From Eledone cirrhosa (lineage: Eukaryota): a stretch of DNA of 64,000 bases. The position numbers and the translations under genes were made by a program. Location: the NCBI GenBank assembly GCA_964016885.1, contig OZ024743.1, forward strand, positions 370,884,001 to 370,948,000, read 5' to 3'. The notes below the pieces were generated by a model. The model worked only from the letters and a program-made list of their open reading frames with translations, searched no databases and was not told the origin of the DNA. Positions 47,230-61,560 of the stretch are shown here, piece after piece (positions within the stretch are counted from its first letter, which is position 1; every line of letters begins with the position of its first letter).

Positions 47230-47549
47230 CCCTTTAGTCTTCAAACCGGCCAGAATTCTCTACCTCTTTCTGTTGAAACTGGCAGTAACTGGTCACTCAA
47301 ACTGATGTTAAGGTATTGTTTTCAAAATAAATACTTTCAAAATCTCATAGATTCAATATTATGTGAGATAATTATGTGAGGTAAAGCCGTTACCATTAAA
47401 ATATAATAGTATATATAAAATAATTGTTTCTACTTTAGGCACAAGGCCAGGAATTTCCCAGTACTTTATTTTATCGACCCCGTAAAGATGAAAGGCAAAG
47501 TCAACCTCGGCGGGATTAGTATATATAAAATAATGTGAATGCTAAAGGG
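47230..47549. mobile_element. piggyBac-type MITE containing a truncated SINE (47421-47517)
   Basis: TTAA|CCCTTTAG...CTAAAGGG|TTAA; the SINE is flanked by duplicated tagtatatataaaataat. Confidence 0.8.
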
Positions 47550-47599
47550 TTAAAGCTCTGCAAACTTCATAGCAAGTTTGTCCATTTTGCCCTATCAGC

Positions 47600-47915
47600 T
47601 GCATTCCCATTTACTACCCCCACTCCTAGCTTTTATTTCCTCCTCCATCAACTTTAGCTATGCCTTTCTAGCCCCCCTCCCCCCTTTTCCAACTTCCATT
47701 CATGTTCACCACTCCTCACAGTCACTTTCATCCTTCCTCAACACCTGACCCAACCATTTCATTCTATTTCTCTTTACAACATTCATCATTGGTTCTATTC
47801 TCATTATACTCTGCAATTCATTGTTTGTCTTCCTGTCTTTCAGAAATACTCCATGCATCCACCAGACCATTTTCATTTTCATTCTTTTCAGCTTTCTCTG
47901 CTTTTCCACAGTGAT
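47600..47915 (-). pseudogene. Old RTE-type 3' remnant
   Basis: MKMV.WM.GV.LKDR.TNNEL...RNRMKWLGQVLRK. Confidence 0.65.
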
Positions 47916-50070
47916 CACCCATAAATCATGAGTAAATAAGTCATAACTTTATTTTAGATACATTTACAATGTACCAAATATTTTGAATTGAGGTTTGTAG
48001 GCTCAGTAGATAGTTTCATGCTGGTTTTTTACATTATATTTTCATGGAAAAGTGTGACTGATACAAAAGTATATATTGGATATCAAATGTTATCTAATAA
48101 ATATCCTATAGCTTTGCATCTTAGAATGATGGAGTCTTACAAGTAAGAATTTATATATAGTCAGTTTCTAGTAAATAGAAATATTCAATTCTAATAACTA
48201 CTATTTGCCTATTATGTGAATCTATTTGTATTGAATTAGAAGGAAAGAATACAGATTGTGGCAAATGAAAATAAGGGAAAGTGGAATATTATGAACAGAT
48301 TAACGGTTGTTGGTATAAGCAGGCAAAGCAACTATTTTAAATGAAACATTCATTTGAGTTCCTACAGAATATCTACAGTTGCAAATATAAGGCAACTGCC
48401 AATAAATATAATATAGCTCCTAAAAAAAAAAAGAGTTCTTAAAGAAACCAATAAAAGTCAAATGTTATCAAAACAAAGCACCCTGAGAAATATTTTAAAG
48501 TGTATAGTGAATATACATAAAAGGTGGTAATTGGCAGAGTCATTAGAATGTCAGAGAGAATGGAGTCAACTTTGTTTTTCATCTTTCCAAGGCTGATAAA
48601 AAAAATACTAGTCCAGTACTGGAGTCGATTCTTCCTCCATATCTCTTTCTTATTTTCTCTCTATCACTCTCTTTCCTTACTTTGGGAGAAATTGACCATA
48701 TTCAGGTATAGAGAAGAGATGAGCTTTGCCAGATTTAAACAAAATACCCAAGAAATGCCATATGACACAACAATGTCTCTATGACTCTACTAGGAGTTAC
48801 AGGTTCAGAGGAGAGAAATTAATATACATACTGCCATACAGTACTACCCACACATCAAGGATTATGTACATACACATAATTGTTTCTACTTTTGGCACAA
48901 GGCCAAATACACAAACATATTTTAGATTGCACCCAAGAAAAGTTCAGTAATTTGATATGACAATTTTATAACTATCAATACTCTAGAAACATGGATCAAC
49001 TATGGTGAGCTCTGTGAGCTGTCTGTTCCTTGTTTCACTATAACAGGCATCAAGAACTACAGAAAAAAAGTGGCTAGGGTAACAGACAACCCTCCAAGAA
49101 GTTGCCAATTTATATATTGTCAAAGACACTGTGAAGTGACCAAAGTTAAACCACTTAACTATTAATGGATCAACTCCAAGCTACAGCACTTAAAACCATA
49201 TTTCTAATGAAAGACACTGCCTATGATCTTCAAATAATTTTGAAAATAATCAAAAATTTGGAGAGACTTAAAAATATAACTAGCATTTTCATTATGAAAT
49301 GTGCAAGTGGCTGAGCATTCCAAAGATATTTGCACAATTAACGTAGTTCCCAGAGAAATTGATCACAACATAAGTGTGTGAAAAGGCTGGCCCTTTGGCA
49401 GGAGTAATGCAAAATACAGTGTCTTGTTCAAGGACACAATGTGCAGTTGAGAATCAACCTTACAATCATGAGCTGAACAGCCTAACCACTAAGATATGCA
49501 CCTTCACTTCTATCACGAGTAACATGTAAAAAAAAAAAGGAGGGTAAATAGAAACAAATAAAACAAAAATACACACATATATATAACTGTATACTCATAT
49601 ATATATAAATTCATTCCCTCTCACACACAATCAACAAATACATTCTCTCTCACACATATCTACCTATACATTCTCTCTCTCATCCACACTAATTCACACA
49701 CATACCTACTCCAGCCTCATATATACACTGAAATACATGTGCTGCTATTTGCATACAGACATACATATTTGCATAAAGAAACAACACATATTCTTATAAA
49801 AACACACATACACACCATTTACATAGTGTAAGATGTTAACAAAGAGATTCATACATATCCAAATCGAACCATATGAATATTAACAGAGAAACATATATAC
49901 ACATTCACATAAGTGTACACACATTCCATTCTATAGATATTTATGAACATATTGCCAAACTTTTAAATGATAATATTTTTATTTCTCAGCTGTGCTGTTC
50001 TGCTAGAGAATGAGTCACATATGTGGGATAGTAATACAGCCAGATACTGGATAAATTTTCAAATATTTTC

Positions 50071-50688
50071 ATATACGCGAACGGCAAAGCATAAATGAAT
50101 TGAGAGAGAGACTGAGCATAAGAGGAATCAAATGCTGTGTGCAGGAGAGGCGGTTGTGTTGGTATGGACATGTGATGCGTATGAAGGATGACAGCTGCAT
50201 AAAAAGGTGCAGAGCACTAGAAGTCAGTGGAAACCGCGGAGTGGGGAGACCCAAGACCTGGGATGAGGTGATAAAAGCCGACCTAACACAATTACACCTC
50301 TCAAAGGCGATGACACACGACCGTGACCTCTGGCGTCACGCAGTAATACAGAGTACCCGACCTCCTAAGGGTACAAGCTGAAGCATATAGACAATATCCC
50401 CCCCACCCCAACCCCCCAACGCAAGGTGGTCGTGGAGGTGCCATGGCAAAAAAACACCCAGCCCACACTGTAAAGTGGACGAGTAGGCGCCACGAAAAAA
50501 AGCACCCAGCACTCACTGTAAATGAGGTTGGTGTTAGGAAGGGCATCCAGCTGTAGAAATCAAGCCAAAATCAGTTCCTGTATGAGCAAGGCATGGTCAG
50601 CCGACCAGACACTGCCCACAACAGGACAACCCGTCTAACCCATGCTAGCGTGGAAGAACGGACGTAAAACGGTGATGATGATGATGAT
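50071..50688 (+). mobile_element. RTE LINE 3' fragment, subfamily C
   Basis: RL.WYGHV, family 3' UTR and (GAT)n tail. Confidence 0.88.
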
Positions 50689-51035
50689 ATGAGGGCTCCT
50701 GCTGGACGAATAAGCAGTTCTGGACAAAACAGCAGAAAACTACTAGAGAAGATGGAGCAATGGGTGACATTATTGGCTCTCAGGAAAACTCCCACAATCC
50801 AGTGACGCAAGTAAAGGTTGCCTTTAAAAAAGCCTACTGTTCGCTGCTCTAAGAAAATTACCAAATTGGTGACCACCAAAGGTTGCATTATGGTCAGATT
50901 GAATAAAAGCAACCATAATACATCGTCCTTGATGTGCGGTTAGAAGGGATACATTCAGGCCTTAAATAGAGGGGCCCATTTGAAAAATATATTGTAGTCT
51001 CCATCTAAAATGCCGAAAAAAGTGTCAATAAGCCT

Positions 51036-52060
51036 GTGACTAGTTCTGGTATGTGTGGAATGGATACAGAAAAGTTGTGTATTTTGGGACCCCAAAGAGG
51101 GTTCAAAAGGGGGGAAACGTTAACAATTGGTAACTGTAATGTTACAACCCTTACAGGTAAGGAGCAGGAGCTAATGGAGGAGGCTAGATGTTATTGGCTA
51201 GATATTGTTGTGGTTTTCTCAACAAAGTCTTGTGGAATTGGTTCGGTAGATTTGGACAGAGGATGGAAACACCACTATTCAGGTGTGGTGCCAAAAAGAA
51301 CTGCAAAAGCAGGAGTGGGAATGCTCAGAAATCCCCAGCAGTCAGAATGTGTTATGAAATTGAAAAGGGGGATTTTTCTCTTGAAACTTAGGCTGAAAGA
51401 AAGGGTGGTGTGGATGGTGCAAGTTGATGCAACAAACAGAGTCTGGATACAAATCCTTTCATGCCAAAATCACATTGTATATCCAGCTGGGAAACTTCAA
51501 TGCACATATTCGCACTGGTTACCTAACATGGAAAGGAGTAATTGGAAACAACGGCAACCTCCTCTTCCTTCTTTGTCCACTTATTCCTGAGAGGATCATG
51601 AGAGCAGAGTCATTAGACATGACTTCCAAAGGAACCTATGAGAAGAAACTGTCTCCAAATGATTCAGCTAGATCCCCAAACAAGACCAGCTGAGCCTATA
51701 GGTGTTTTTCCAACCATCTTGCTCATGATCTACCTCTGGGTCTCAAGTCGGTTGGCTTTGCCCATAAAATCTGTTCAGTGTTTCTTTCCTTATATGTTTT
51801 AACTACATACCCGTAGTGCTAGAACTGTGATCTCTCAATTTGGAGAAGTAGCAGCTCTACCTGGAGTGATTACTTGATCTCTGAACTATGTACCCTATTG
51901 AGAAATGTTACACCAAAGACTCTTTGAGGGAACCCTATTTTGGTCACTTGCATTCACAATCGTATTCTTTCAGTCATTAAGTTATATGATCATAGGTAAA
52001 AGTAAGCACAAACACTCAATTGAAGAAAACAAGTTTGGCTTTTACATCAACCCAACTGAT
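51036..52060. mobile_element. Degenerate GAA-family RTE: plus-strand APE remnant joined near 51560 to an inverted 3' part
   Basis: IGNCNVTTLTGKEQEL, AGVG, LGNFNAHI on +; 51560-52060 is antisense to 15250-15726-type sequence. Confidence 0.65.
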
Positions 52061-52434
52061 GACACATTTCTTTATGTATTAAAGTCAATAACAATCACAT
52101 TCAACAATTAAAAACCAGGGAAACTATATTTGCATCTTACTAATAAAGACTTTTTTTACAATCAATATTAACTGTTTATTGCCTGTGGCCATAATGATGA
52201 ATAGCTTTCTTTGATTTTGTTTTAACAGGAAACAGTCATCTGCCACTATTTCAGTCATTCCAGCACAAAGAAACTTGCTGATTACTCATTCATTCAATAT
52301 TGACTTACTTTACCATCAGCCATAGTTACTGAACAAACAACACATGAAAACTTAGAGAGAGCATCAGTGATTATTGTTCATATCTTTTTGCTAAATATTG
52401 CTTTAGAAAATTTATTCTCAATGATTTTTTTTAC

Positions 52435-53550
52435 TGGTGGACCCATTTGATTGCTATTCCACTCAGGTGGGTCCCCATAACCATTTAATGCTTAAAAAAT
52501 CCTAATGTATTTTTATAATTAAATATTATTAGGAATAGTATAAGAAAATTGTAAAAATATTTTGAGTATAGTAAAAGTATAACCAATTTATTGTACATAA
52601 ACTTTAACAACAAAATTCTATGGATAAGGAATATTCACTAGTAAAACGTAGAACAATTAGGTTTCTTTCTCTTAAAATCTACTTATATTTTAAACTTAAA
52701 TCTTTTAGTTATATTTATTTCTTCATTTCAAAATTATCAATGATATTAACTATAATTATTAAGAACACTTATTAAAACTAGCAGAAAAACCACCCTTGGG
52801 TGGTTTTCTGCTAGCATGTGTAGTGTGCATATTGATATTATACGCAAGTATATATGCATGTAGATATGATACATCAAATAAAATCGTAATTGACTTTCTA
52901 CACAGAAATTGAAAGAAGACTGCGTTACACTGTCTTATGTAATCAGTAACGTAATCCATGATACATTAAAAAAAGACAGTATTATATATGAACTGCATTA
53001 GGAGAAAATTAGTGACAGAAATATATGTATGTTTATTTAAACGATCGCTAACCGGAAGTGTTGACATTTGAAAATTTTAAAGAAGTAAATAAGTAATAAA
53101 ATATATTTAATGAACAACCACGAAATTTAGTAGATAAATTATGCAATATTCATTCATTATTTATTCAAAGTAATCCAATTTATTTTACTAAGGGGATAAA
53201 AAATTATAAACCATACGCAGTCCTGCGCTTTTTACTTTATTATAGTTTAGATGTATGTTATATTTGTGCACTTTCACCATATATGTTTTATTTTACCAGC
53301 TTGCCCAATTAAGAAGAAATACTGACAGTATTCTATTGACAGTTATTCCATAACCACAGAATAAAGTGAATCAACAAGGTTTCTTTCTCTAACTCTTAAG
53401 ATATCTTCTTGCAATAAATATGTCTAAAGCAACATTTTTCATACACCTCTTAAATATTAGTATGGACTCCCAATTTACTATTTTGTTTGTATGGACTAAA
53501 ATTTAAAAAATGATTTAGACTTCTGGGCGTCATATGGACCTGAGTTGAGA
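52435..53550 (-). mobile_element. Deleted and rearranged derivative of the hAT element
   Basis: Outer parts are antisense to the ends of 17397-20337; the inner part (52672-53373) is sense to 17918-18173. Confidence 0.65.
52778..53251 (-). mobile_element. Non-autonomous Helitron
   Basis: A|TC start, subterminal hairpin accacccaagggtggt, CTAG|T end; the empty site attaaaa|tgtatg is present at about 18021-18032. Confidence 0.85.
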
Positions 53551-53973
53551 GGATATGTGTATGCATCAGTGTATTGTAAGTACTATGAAGCCAGAAATGG
53601 TCTAACATTACTATGGGTCAACTTGGATGTTAAATAATAATGGCAACTACTTGAAATGTCCATGAACCTTGTTAATGCCAACCTGCCCAAAACTGCCTCT
53701 GATTCTATGAAACAAAACCATTCATTAAATTAAAATTTTCTAAATTATAAGAACTTTGTGTTAAGTTACATTACAAATGCAATCTTAATAATGGAATAAT
53801 TAGAAATTTTAATAAATCCATCAAAAATTTTCATTAAAAATATTGTAACAAAAAGGTTAATGGATAAGCAATTACATTCCCTACAGCAAACAAACTAAAC
53901 AATATTAGAAATATGAGATTTCACAATAGAAGGAAGAGGAATGAAAATCCAATTCCTAAATATGCCATAACAT

Positions 53974-54010
<37 letters not shown>

Positions 54011-54013
<3 letters not shown>

Positions 54014-54918
54014 AATGCGAGGGCTCTGTAGAAACAGTAGACAGCTTCTGCTACCTAGGTGATCGAATTAGCAGCGGAGGTGGGTTTTCTGAAAGTACAG
54101 TAACTAAGGTAAGAATGGGATGGAAGAAGTTCAGGGAGCTACTGCCACTGCTAGCTGCAAAAGGTTTTTCCCTCAGAATGAAAGGCAGACTGTATGATAC
54201 CTGCATACGAACAGGAATGTTACATGGTAGTGAGACCTGGGTGTTGTGTGTAGAAGACTTGCGTAGATTAGAAAGAAACGAAGTCTGCATGCTCTGATGG
54301 ATGTGTAATAGTAATATACGCGAACAGCAAAGCATAAACGAATTGAGAGAGAGACTAAGCAAAAGAGGAATCAAATACTGTGTGCAGGAGAGGCGGTTGC
54401 GTTGGTATGGACATGTGATGCATATAAAGGATGACAGCTTCATAAAAAGGTGCAGAGCACTAAAAGTCAATGGAAGCCTTGAAGTGGGGAGACTCAAGAA
54501 GACCTGGGATGAAGTGATAAAAACTGACCTTACCCAATTGTACCTCTCAAAGGCGGTGGCACAGGACCGAGACCTCTGGTGTTAAGCAGTAATACAGAAG
54601 ACTCAACTTCTCACAGGTACAAGCCGAAGCTGAAGCATATAGACAGTATGCCCCCACCCCCTCCCACTGTAAAGTGGTCGTGTAGGTATCACGACAAAAA
54701 TCACCCAGTCCACACTGTAAAGTAGCCGTGTAGGCACCACGGTAAAAAAGCACCCAGTACTCACTGTAAATGAGGTTGGTATTAGGAAAGGCATCCAGCT
54801 GTAGAAATCAAGTCAAAATCAGTTCTGAATGAGCAAGACATGGTCACCTGACCTGGCATAGCTCACAACAGGACAACTCTAACCCAACCTAACATGGATG
54901 TAAAACAGTGATGATGAT
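54011..54918 (+). mobile_element. RTE LINE 3' fragment following a (GT)n tract
   Basis: FCYLG, GWKKFRELL, RLRWYGHV and tail. Confidence 0.88.
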
Positions 54919-54929
54919 AATTCCCAACA

Positions 54930-57250
54930 TAAACTATGAATGTACAAAACATGCAGTGTGATCAGTGGAAAGTAGATAAAGGTGTTTAAAACTTGCAGTC
55001 CATGGGAACTCATGAATGTTGAGGATCTAATACTTATAGCTGAATCCATAGAAGATTTAAAGAAGAATTTCATACATAAAAACAAACCCTAGAATTGAAA
55101 AAACATCAAAGTAAATGTAACAAAAACTAAGGTAAGTAGGAAAGAAGTTAAAACCCTGTTACTCAGGGAAATGACCATGCTTGATGTGCAAAAAAGGAGT
55201 AGGTAGAAATTCCATGGACACACAAGAAGAGTAGTGGGATCAAAGCCTGGTTAGCAGAGAAGGTATGTTGTAGATGCACAGAGATAGAAGAGCACCTAAG
55301 ATATAAATTCTTTCAAATAGCCCAGGTCTTTCTTGGTCTACCTCTACTGCGGCTTCCTTCCACTGGCATTTCTTCACCAAACGATCATTGTCCATGCACA
55401 TCACATGTCCAAACCAATGCAGTCTTTTCTCCTGCACATAACCTAGAATTCCTATTAAGCCTAGCTTCAGCTTCAACTCATCCAAGCACTGCCTCTCTCT
55501 CACACTTACATTGCACATCCAACGGAGTATAGTTTCTTCATTTCTCTCTAGTCTATGCATGTCCTCCGCAATCACAGTCCATGTTTCACTACCATGCTGC
55601 ATCACACTTTGCACACAGGCGTCATACAATCATCCTTTTGTATGTAGGGAGGAACCCTTTATGAACTCCTACTTGTGTCTTGAATTCCTCACTAACTCAT
55701 TTCCTACTTTGCTGACAGCTCCTCTGAACATGACTTTCACTGCTCTCAGCAACCATTCATCTACACCTAATTTACTTAAGAATCAACAGATAATACATTA
55801 GGGTACTCTGTCAAGCGTTTTTTCTGAGTCAACAAAAGCTAGGCATAGTGGTTTATTTCACTAGGCATAGTGGTTTATTTCACGTTTCTCTTCATCCCAT
55901 TCATTTTCTACATTCATCAATCTCTCATAGTAACATTTCCAGTCCTCTTTCTTTTGAGCATCAGTGGTGCTAAGTGCACCAGCATCATTTCTAACACATT
56001 TTACCCCAACAACATCATGATTCACATTGACACACTGACTTGCAATGCAGAACACTTCGCATCTCTGATCCTCTTGTCTCGGGACATTGGCAAATTTTCT
56101 TTCTTCAGCTTCTCTTCGAGCTTCTATCTTAGCCACCTGGTACTGGTTTCTGCTACCCCCATTTTTCCAGTCTTTCCAAGCCGGACTCTTGACTTTAATG
56201 GTTCCATCTACTGAGCTGTTCCACCATTAGGTCACTCTCTGTTTGAGTGGTGCTCTACTCAAATAAGTCACATCAGTAGTTTGCAAAAGGTTGTCACAAG
56301 AATTTCCAGTTGTTCTCTACATCATAGGTATCTTACTCATCACTTCTCTCATCAAATGCATCCTGTAGGGCCTTTCTAAACTCATATTTAATCAAGAGGT
56401 CCTTTAGCTTCCAGACCGTCCATCTCCATATTTTCCTGCACGTCTTGTTCTGTCTCATGTTTATTTTGATGTCACTAATAACTAACTTGTGCTGAGCAGT
56501 GCATTCCTCCCCAGAGAAGGCCTTAGTATTTATTACAGTCCATTTCTCTTCTTGTCTAACAAGTAAATAGTCGATTTGGGTTTTATGTTCGCCTGATTAA
56601 TATGAGATTAGGTGGCTGGCTGGCTGGTTTCCTGATATTTGTGTTGCAAATGTTCATTTGTGTTACAGAATTCCAGGAGTCTCAGTCCCTCTTATTTCCT
56701 TGAGCTATAACCATAGCCACTGTGAACTCCACTGAATCTGTCCTGGTACTGCTCCATATATCCATTGAAGTTGCCTGCTAGGATGATGAGGTCACTTTTA
56801 TAGGTACTTGAAGTTGTCTGTAAAAGTTCTTCATAGAACCTGTCTTTTTGTTCTTTACTCAGTTCTGGCTGTGGAGCATAGGCAGATGTAATTGTTCAAT
56901 TTATTTCCTACTGGTAACCTAAGCTTGATAATTCTGTCACTTACTCTAGCTACTTCTATCATTATCTATCCATTTCTCAGAAAGATGCCCACACCTACCC
57001 ATCATCATTTCCTCTCCAGTAAATCTTGTATCTATGCTGTTTGCCTGTCAGCAGTCTTGCTGAGGCACTCCTCCATCTCACCTCTTGTACACAGCAAATG
57101 TCTACTTCTCTCCTCTCTAGTAGTTCCACAATTTTGCCCAATTTACCTTTCAGAGTGCCAACATTGAGAATGGCAGTGCTGAGTTTTGTACTTTACCAGT
57201 TGCTATTTCCTTGGGTAGAAGTTTTATGTATCTGAAAGGGAAAAGGGTTG
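54930..57250. mobile_element. Old rearranged RTE: plus-strand piece 54930-55310, minus-strand APE-RT remnant 55310-57250
   Basis: LYDACV..HGSETW, CVRNDAG..WKCYYERL, SAYAPQ and GNFNG remnants. Confidence 0.75.
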
Positions 57251-57835
57251 TGCGATTGCTTGATGACGGCCAAGGAGTTCTCACACATGGCTACTCTAGT
57301 CACCCCAAAACCGTTAGCAGCACTAACATGACTAATGTTATCCCTGTGTACATAATTAGTGGAAATTATATTAGTTGTGCTTTTCTTATTTTGGCTGGAT
57401 GCCCATCCTATCACCAACCACCTTACAGTGTGAACTGGGTGTGTTATTCGTGCCACCAGCCCTCGAGAGGTTGTCTTACTAGACTCAAGGGGCCTCTCCA
57501 CCCTGTGTTAGTTTTTATTTGGAGTGTCTACTCTCCTAAACGGGTTGTACTGACTATGACTTACAGAGTCCACATCTACCCTGTGCAGTCATTTTTAATC
57601 TGGGGGGAATCGGCATTGTTGATGTAGGAGGGGGAAGTGTGGTGGTATGAAGAACAACAGGTGGGAAGGTGATGGGAAGAGAAGAGTGTTGCAAGGTCAT
57701 GCCAACCAAACAGCGAGCCAGCAGGTGATGGATAGGAGATGGGCAAAAGTGGTACGGAGACACTATCACGAAAAGTTAGATCGAGCTAATTCGGCTGTTA
57801 AATATAATATGTAATAGGAATACGGCTATATATCA

Positions 57836-58412
57836 TCATTATCGTTTAATGTCCATCTTCCACACTAGCATGGGTTAGACGGTTTTTTCCATTTGATGCA
57901 GGAATGGTCGGGAGACCGTGTCTCACTCATACGAAAGTGTCTCTGGCAGGTTTTTTTATGGCTGGATGCCCTTCCTAACACCAACCACCTTTACAGTGTG
58001 GACTGGGAGCCTTTTTACTGTGTTTCCTACACTACCACCTTAGGATTGGGTGCTTTTTGTTGTGCCATCGACACAGTGGACAGAAATGGGAGGATCGTGT
58101 AGAGTGGTGTCTGGGGTGGGGTGTACATTGGGTTAAGAGGTACCTACTGACTGTAGGTTTGTATGCAAGGGAAGGTGAGTCTTCTGTACAACTGCATGGC
58201 GCCAAAGATCTTGATCCAGTGACATTGTCTTAGAGAGGTGTAAGTGAGCAAGGTCAGATTTTATCACCTTGTCCCAGGTTTTTCTTGGTCTACCCACTAT
58301 ATATATATAGCCAGAACTAGTTACTTGATATGACTTGTCTCTCAATGGGACAACTCATTTAACCCATGCTAGTGTGAAAAATGGACGGTAAACAATGATG
58401 ATGATGATGATG

Positions 58413-58415
<3 letters not shown>
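57836..58415. mobile_element. RTE 3' UTR fragments in opposite orientations
   Basis: Family tail on the minus strand (57836-58297) and on the plus strand (about 58345-58413). Confidence 0.75.
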
Positions 58416-58447
<32 letters not shown>

Positions 58448-58449
<2 letters not shown>

Positions 58450-58636
58450 ATTGTTTCTACTTTAGGCACAAGGCCAGCAATTAACCAGTGCATTACTGGT
58501 ACTTTATTTTATCGACCCCGTAAGGATGAAAGGCAAAGTCAACCTCGGCGGGATTTGAACTCAGATCGTAAAGGGATGTAACTATGCTGGAAAGCATGGC
58601 GTCCGACCCTCTACCGATACTGCCAATCCACCGCCC
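58448..58636 (-). mobile_element. tRNA-derived SINE, full length
   Basis: A and B boxes; TSD tatatagtaat. Confidence 0.9.
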
Positions 58637-58819
58637 TATATAGTAATAATAACTATTTATACTTATATATGTTTAATATACAATTATAAATATGGAGGGT
58701 AGTACTAAGTACTAGCGGGTTACCGGTATGACAAAAGGCTCAATGTAAATTATCAAGTATTTTACAGAGCCGAGATACAAAGTATTAAAACAATCAAATC
58801 TTAGTTTAATACATTTATT

Positions 58820-58866
58820 TTCTGACAACTGTTTCTTCCAGAGGGAAGTCTGGAATCATCGGAGCA
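58820..58866 (-). ncRNA. Hammerhead ribozyme with CCGATGA core
   Basis: tgct-CCGATGA-ttccaga-cttccc-tctggaa-GAAA-cagttg-TC-agaa. Confidence 0.7.
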
Positions 58867-59522
58867 TAGGGAATGTCTAAACAGGTGATTAAAATCCTAG
58901 TCATTCAGAACATTTAGGTAGATACAAGTGTTGTTAGTGTCCTAGACATCATGTAGGGAATCAGGAGTTAAAAGAATGCTATGCTTCAGAGAACACAATT
59001 ACAAGGAGCACTGGTGGAAAGTGCAAGAGGTAAATTACCTACCCAATTCAATCACGTGCTTTGCATTAAACCTCACATAACATTTTATCATCACATGTCT
59101 CCCTACCATATAGCATGCCATTTTAAACATTTCTAACACTTATAACATACTTTTACATTCTACACGAAATATGCTTATTTCAGCTGTAATATAACTCTTT
59201 CCTCATACATGCCTTATTGATTGTATTGACTCCTGCATTATATACCCTTACATTACCTGATCTCGAATGCTATGATATCTTATGTCTATCCTATCTTACA
59301 TTTTTCCTTGCTTGTAACTTTTTTTTTTTTTTTTTTTGCTTGTACTTTTTGCTTATACATCTTGCACTTTCCACCAATACTCCTTGAAATTGTGTTCTCT
59401 GAAGCATAGCATCCTTTTAACTCCTGATTCCCTACATGATGTCTAGGATACTAACAACACTTATGTATCTACCTAAATGTTCTGAAGACTAGGATTTTAA
59501 TCACCTGTTTAGACATTCCCTA

Positions 59523-59569
59523 TGCTCCGATGATTCCAGACATCCCTCTGCAAGAAACAATTGTCAGCA
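59523..59569 (+). ncRNA. Hammerhead ribozyme with CCGATGA core
   Basis: tgct-CCGATGA-ttccaga-catccc-tctgcaa-GAAA-caattg-TC-agca. Confidence 0.75.
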
Positions 59570-60074
59570 AATAAATGTATTAAACAAAGATTTGATTGTT
59601 TTAATACTTTGTATATATATATATATATATATAAGTAAAAACAAAAAACAAAAACAATAACAAAGAGTGCAGTACAGTGTTGGTATTAGGTTCACGCTTG
59701 AGAGTGGGGGGGGGGGCGTTTCGGGCATAAGCCCTTCATCAGGAGAAAAGTGGGAAGGAAAAGAGTTCCGAGGGTGTGAGGGGGAGTGGTGGAAAAACAT
59801 TAAAAGGGGGAGGGATTAAAAGGAAGGAAAAAAATTAAAATGAAAACAAGTGGTGAAAGAGTGTGAGGCGTGTAGAGGTGGTGGTGTGTGGATGGAGGGG
59901 GGAGAGGGGAGAAGGAAACAGGGGTCCAAGTGGGGAGGGCAGAAGGTGATGTGTGTGTATGTGTGTAGATGTACATGTGTGTGTGTATGTGTGGATGTGA
60001 GTGTGAGAGCTTGGGGAAGAACGAGGTTCCATGTTCGGGTAATAGGAAAACCAGTGTGTACATGGGGTATATAT

Positions 60075-61390
60075 ATCATCATCGTTTAATGTCTATCTTC
60101 CACACTAGCATGGATTAGACAGGAATTGTCCCACTTGAGGCAAGATTGGTCGGGTGACCGTATCTCGCTCGTATAGGACTGTCTGGCAGGTTTTCTACAG
60201 CTGGATGCCTTTCCTAACACCAACCACATTTACAGTGTGGACTGGGAGGTTTTTACCGTGTTACCTACACGGCCATATTACAGCGTGGACTGTTTTTTTG
60301 TTGTGACACCTACACGACCTCATTAGTTTGGACTGGATGTTGAGGTACCAACATAACTTTACAGAGAAAGGGTCGTGTTGGTGGGAGTGGGAGGGTGGAG
60401 TAGGGGTAGTGAGTTGCAGTGTATATTTGGTTAAGAGGTGCCTACTGATTGTAGGTTTCACTTTGTACATAGGCAAGGTGGGTCTTCTGTGTTACTGCGT
60501 AGTGCCAAAGATCTCGGTCCAGTGACATTATCTTAGAGAGGTGTAAGTGTGTGAGGTCGGAATTTATCAGATCGTCCCAGGTTTTTCTGGGTCCGCCTAC
60601 TCCCTAACTTCCATCAATTTTGATTGCCCTGCACTTTTTTATACAGCTGTCGTCTTTCATGCGCATCACGTGACCATACCAACGTGGTCTTCTCTCAAGT
60701 AAACAGCATCTGATCCCTCTTATTCCTAATTTCTCACTTAGTTCATTTATGTTTTGCCGTTCACATATATTACTATTACACATCCAACGGAGCATGCAAG
60801 CTTCGTTCTTTTCGAGTCTGCACAGCTCCTCTACACACAATGCCCAAGTCTCACTGCCATGTAACATTGCTGTTCGTATACAAGCATCATACAATCTGTC
60901 TTTCATTTTTAGAGAGAAACCTTTTGTGGCCAACAGCGGTATAAGCTCTCTGAACTTTTTCCATCCCGTTCTGACTCTAGCTACTGTACTTTCAGAGCAC
61001 CCTCCACCACTGCTGATTTTGTCACCCAGGTAACGGAAAGTGTCCACTATTTCTATAGAACCATCTGGGCAATAGAAGGAACTAGTATCCTGTGGGTACT
61101 TGCTACTTATTGCACCTGAGCATCGGCCACATATAAAATCTATGTTCTTAGATAGCTTACCTGTGATCCCACTACATCTTTTATGTACCCATACTTTGCA
61201 TTTGGGACATAAAATGGAATTTCTACCTACTCCTTTCCTACACACTGAGCACGGCCCTATTTTCCTTTCTACATACTAGAACTTTAGTCTTAGACAAGTT
61301 AACTTTAAGGCCTTTTGATTCTCGGCCATGCTTCCATGTTTGGAATTTCTTCTCTAGTTCAGCCATAGATTCAGCTATGAGAGTTAGATA
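60075..61390 (-). mobile_element. RTE LINE 3' fragment
   Basis: ORF 60604-61245 carries the PHD insert, FRYLG and LHGSETW; family tail present. Confidence 0.92.
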
Positions 61391-61394
61391 TATA

Positions 61395-61560
61395 GAGAGT
61401 CGGACGCCATGCTTTCCAGCATAGTTACGTCCCTTTACGATCTGAGTTCAAATCCCGCCGAGGTTAACTTTGCCTTTCATCCTTACGGGGTCGATAAAAT
61501 AAAGTACCAGTAATGTACTGGATAATTGCTGGCCTTGTGCCAAATGTAGAAACAATTATT
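61395..61560 (+). mobile_element. tRNA-derived SINE, 5'-truncated
   Basis: Homology to other copies. Confidence 0.88.

Larger units (their letters stand above)
58690..59614. mobile_element. PLE-derived foldback (arms 58774-59028 and 59360-59614) ending in (TA)n
   Basis: About 255-bp diverged inverted arms, each with a hammerhead. Confidence 0.8.
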
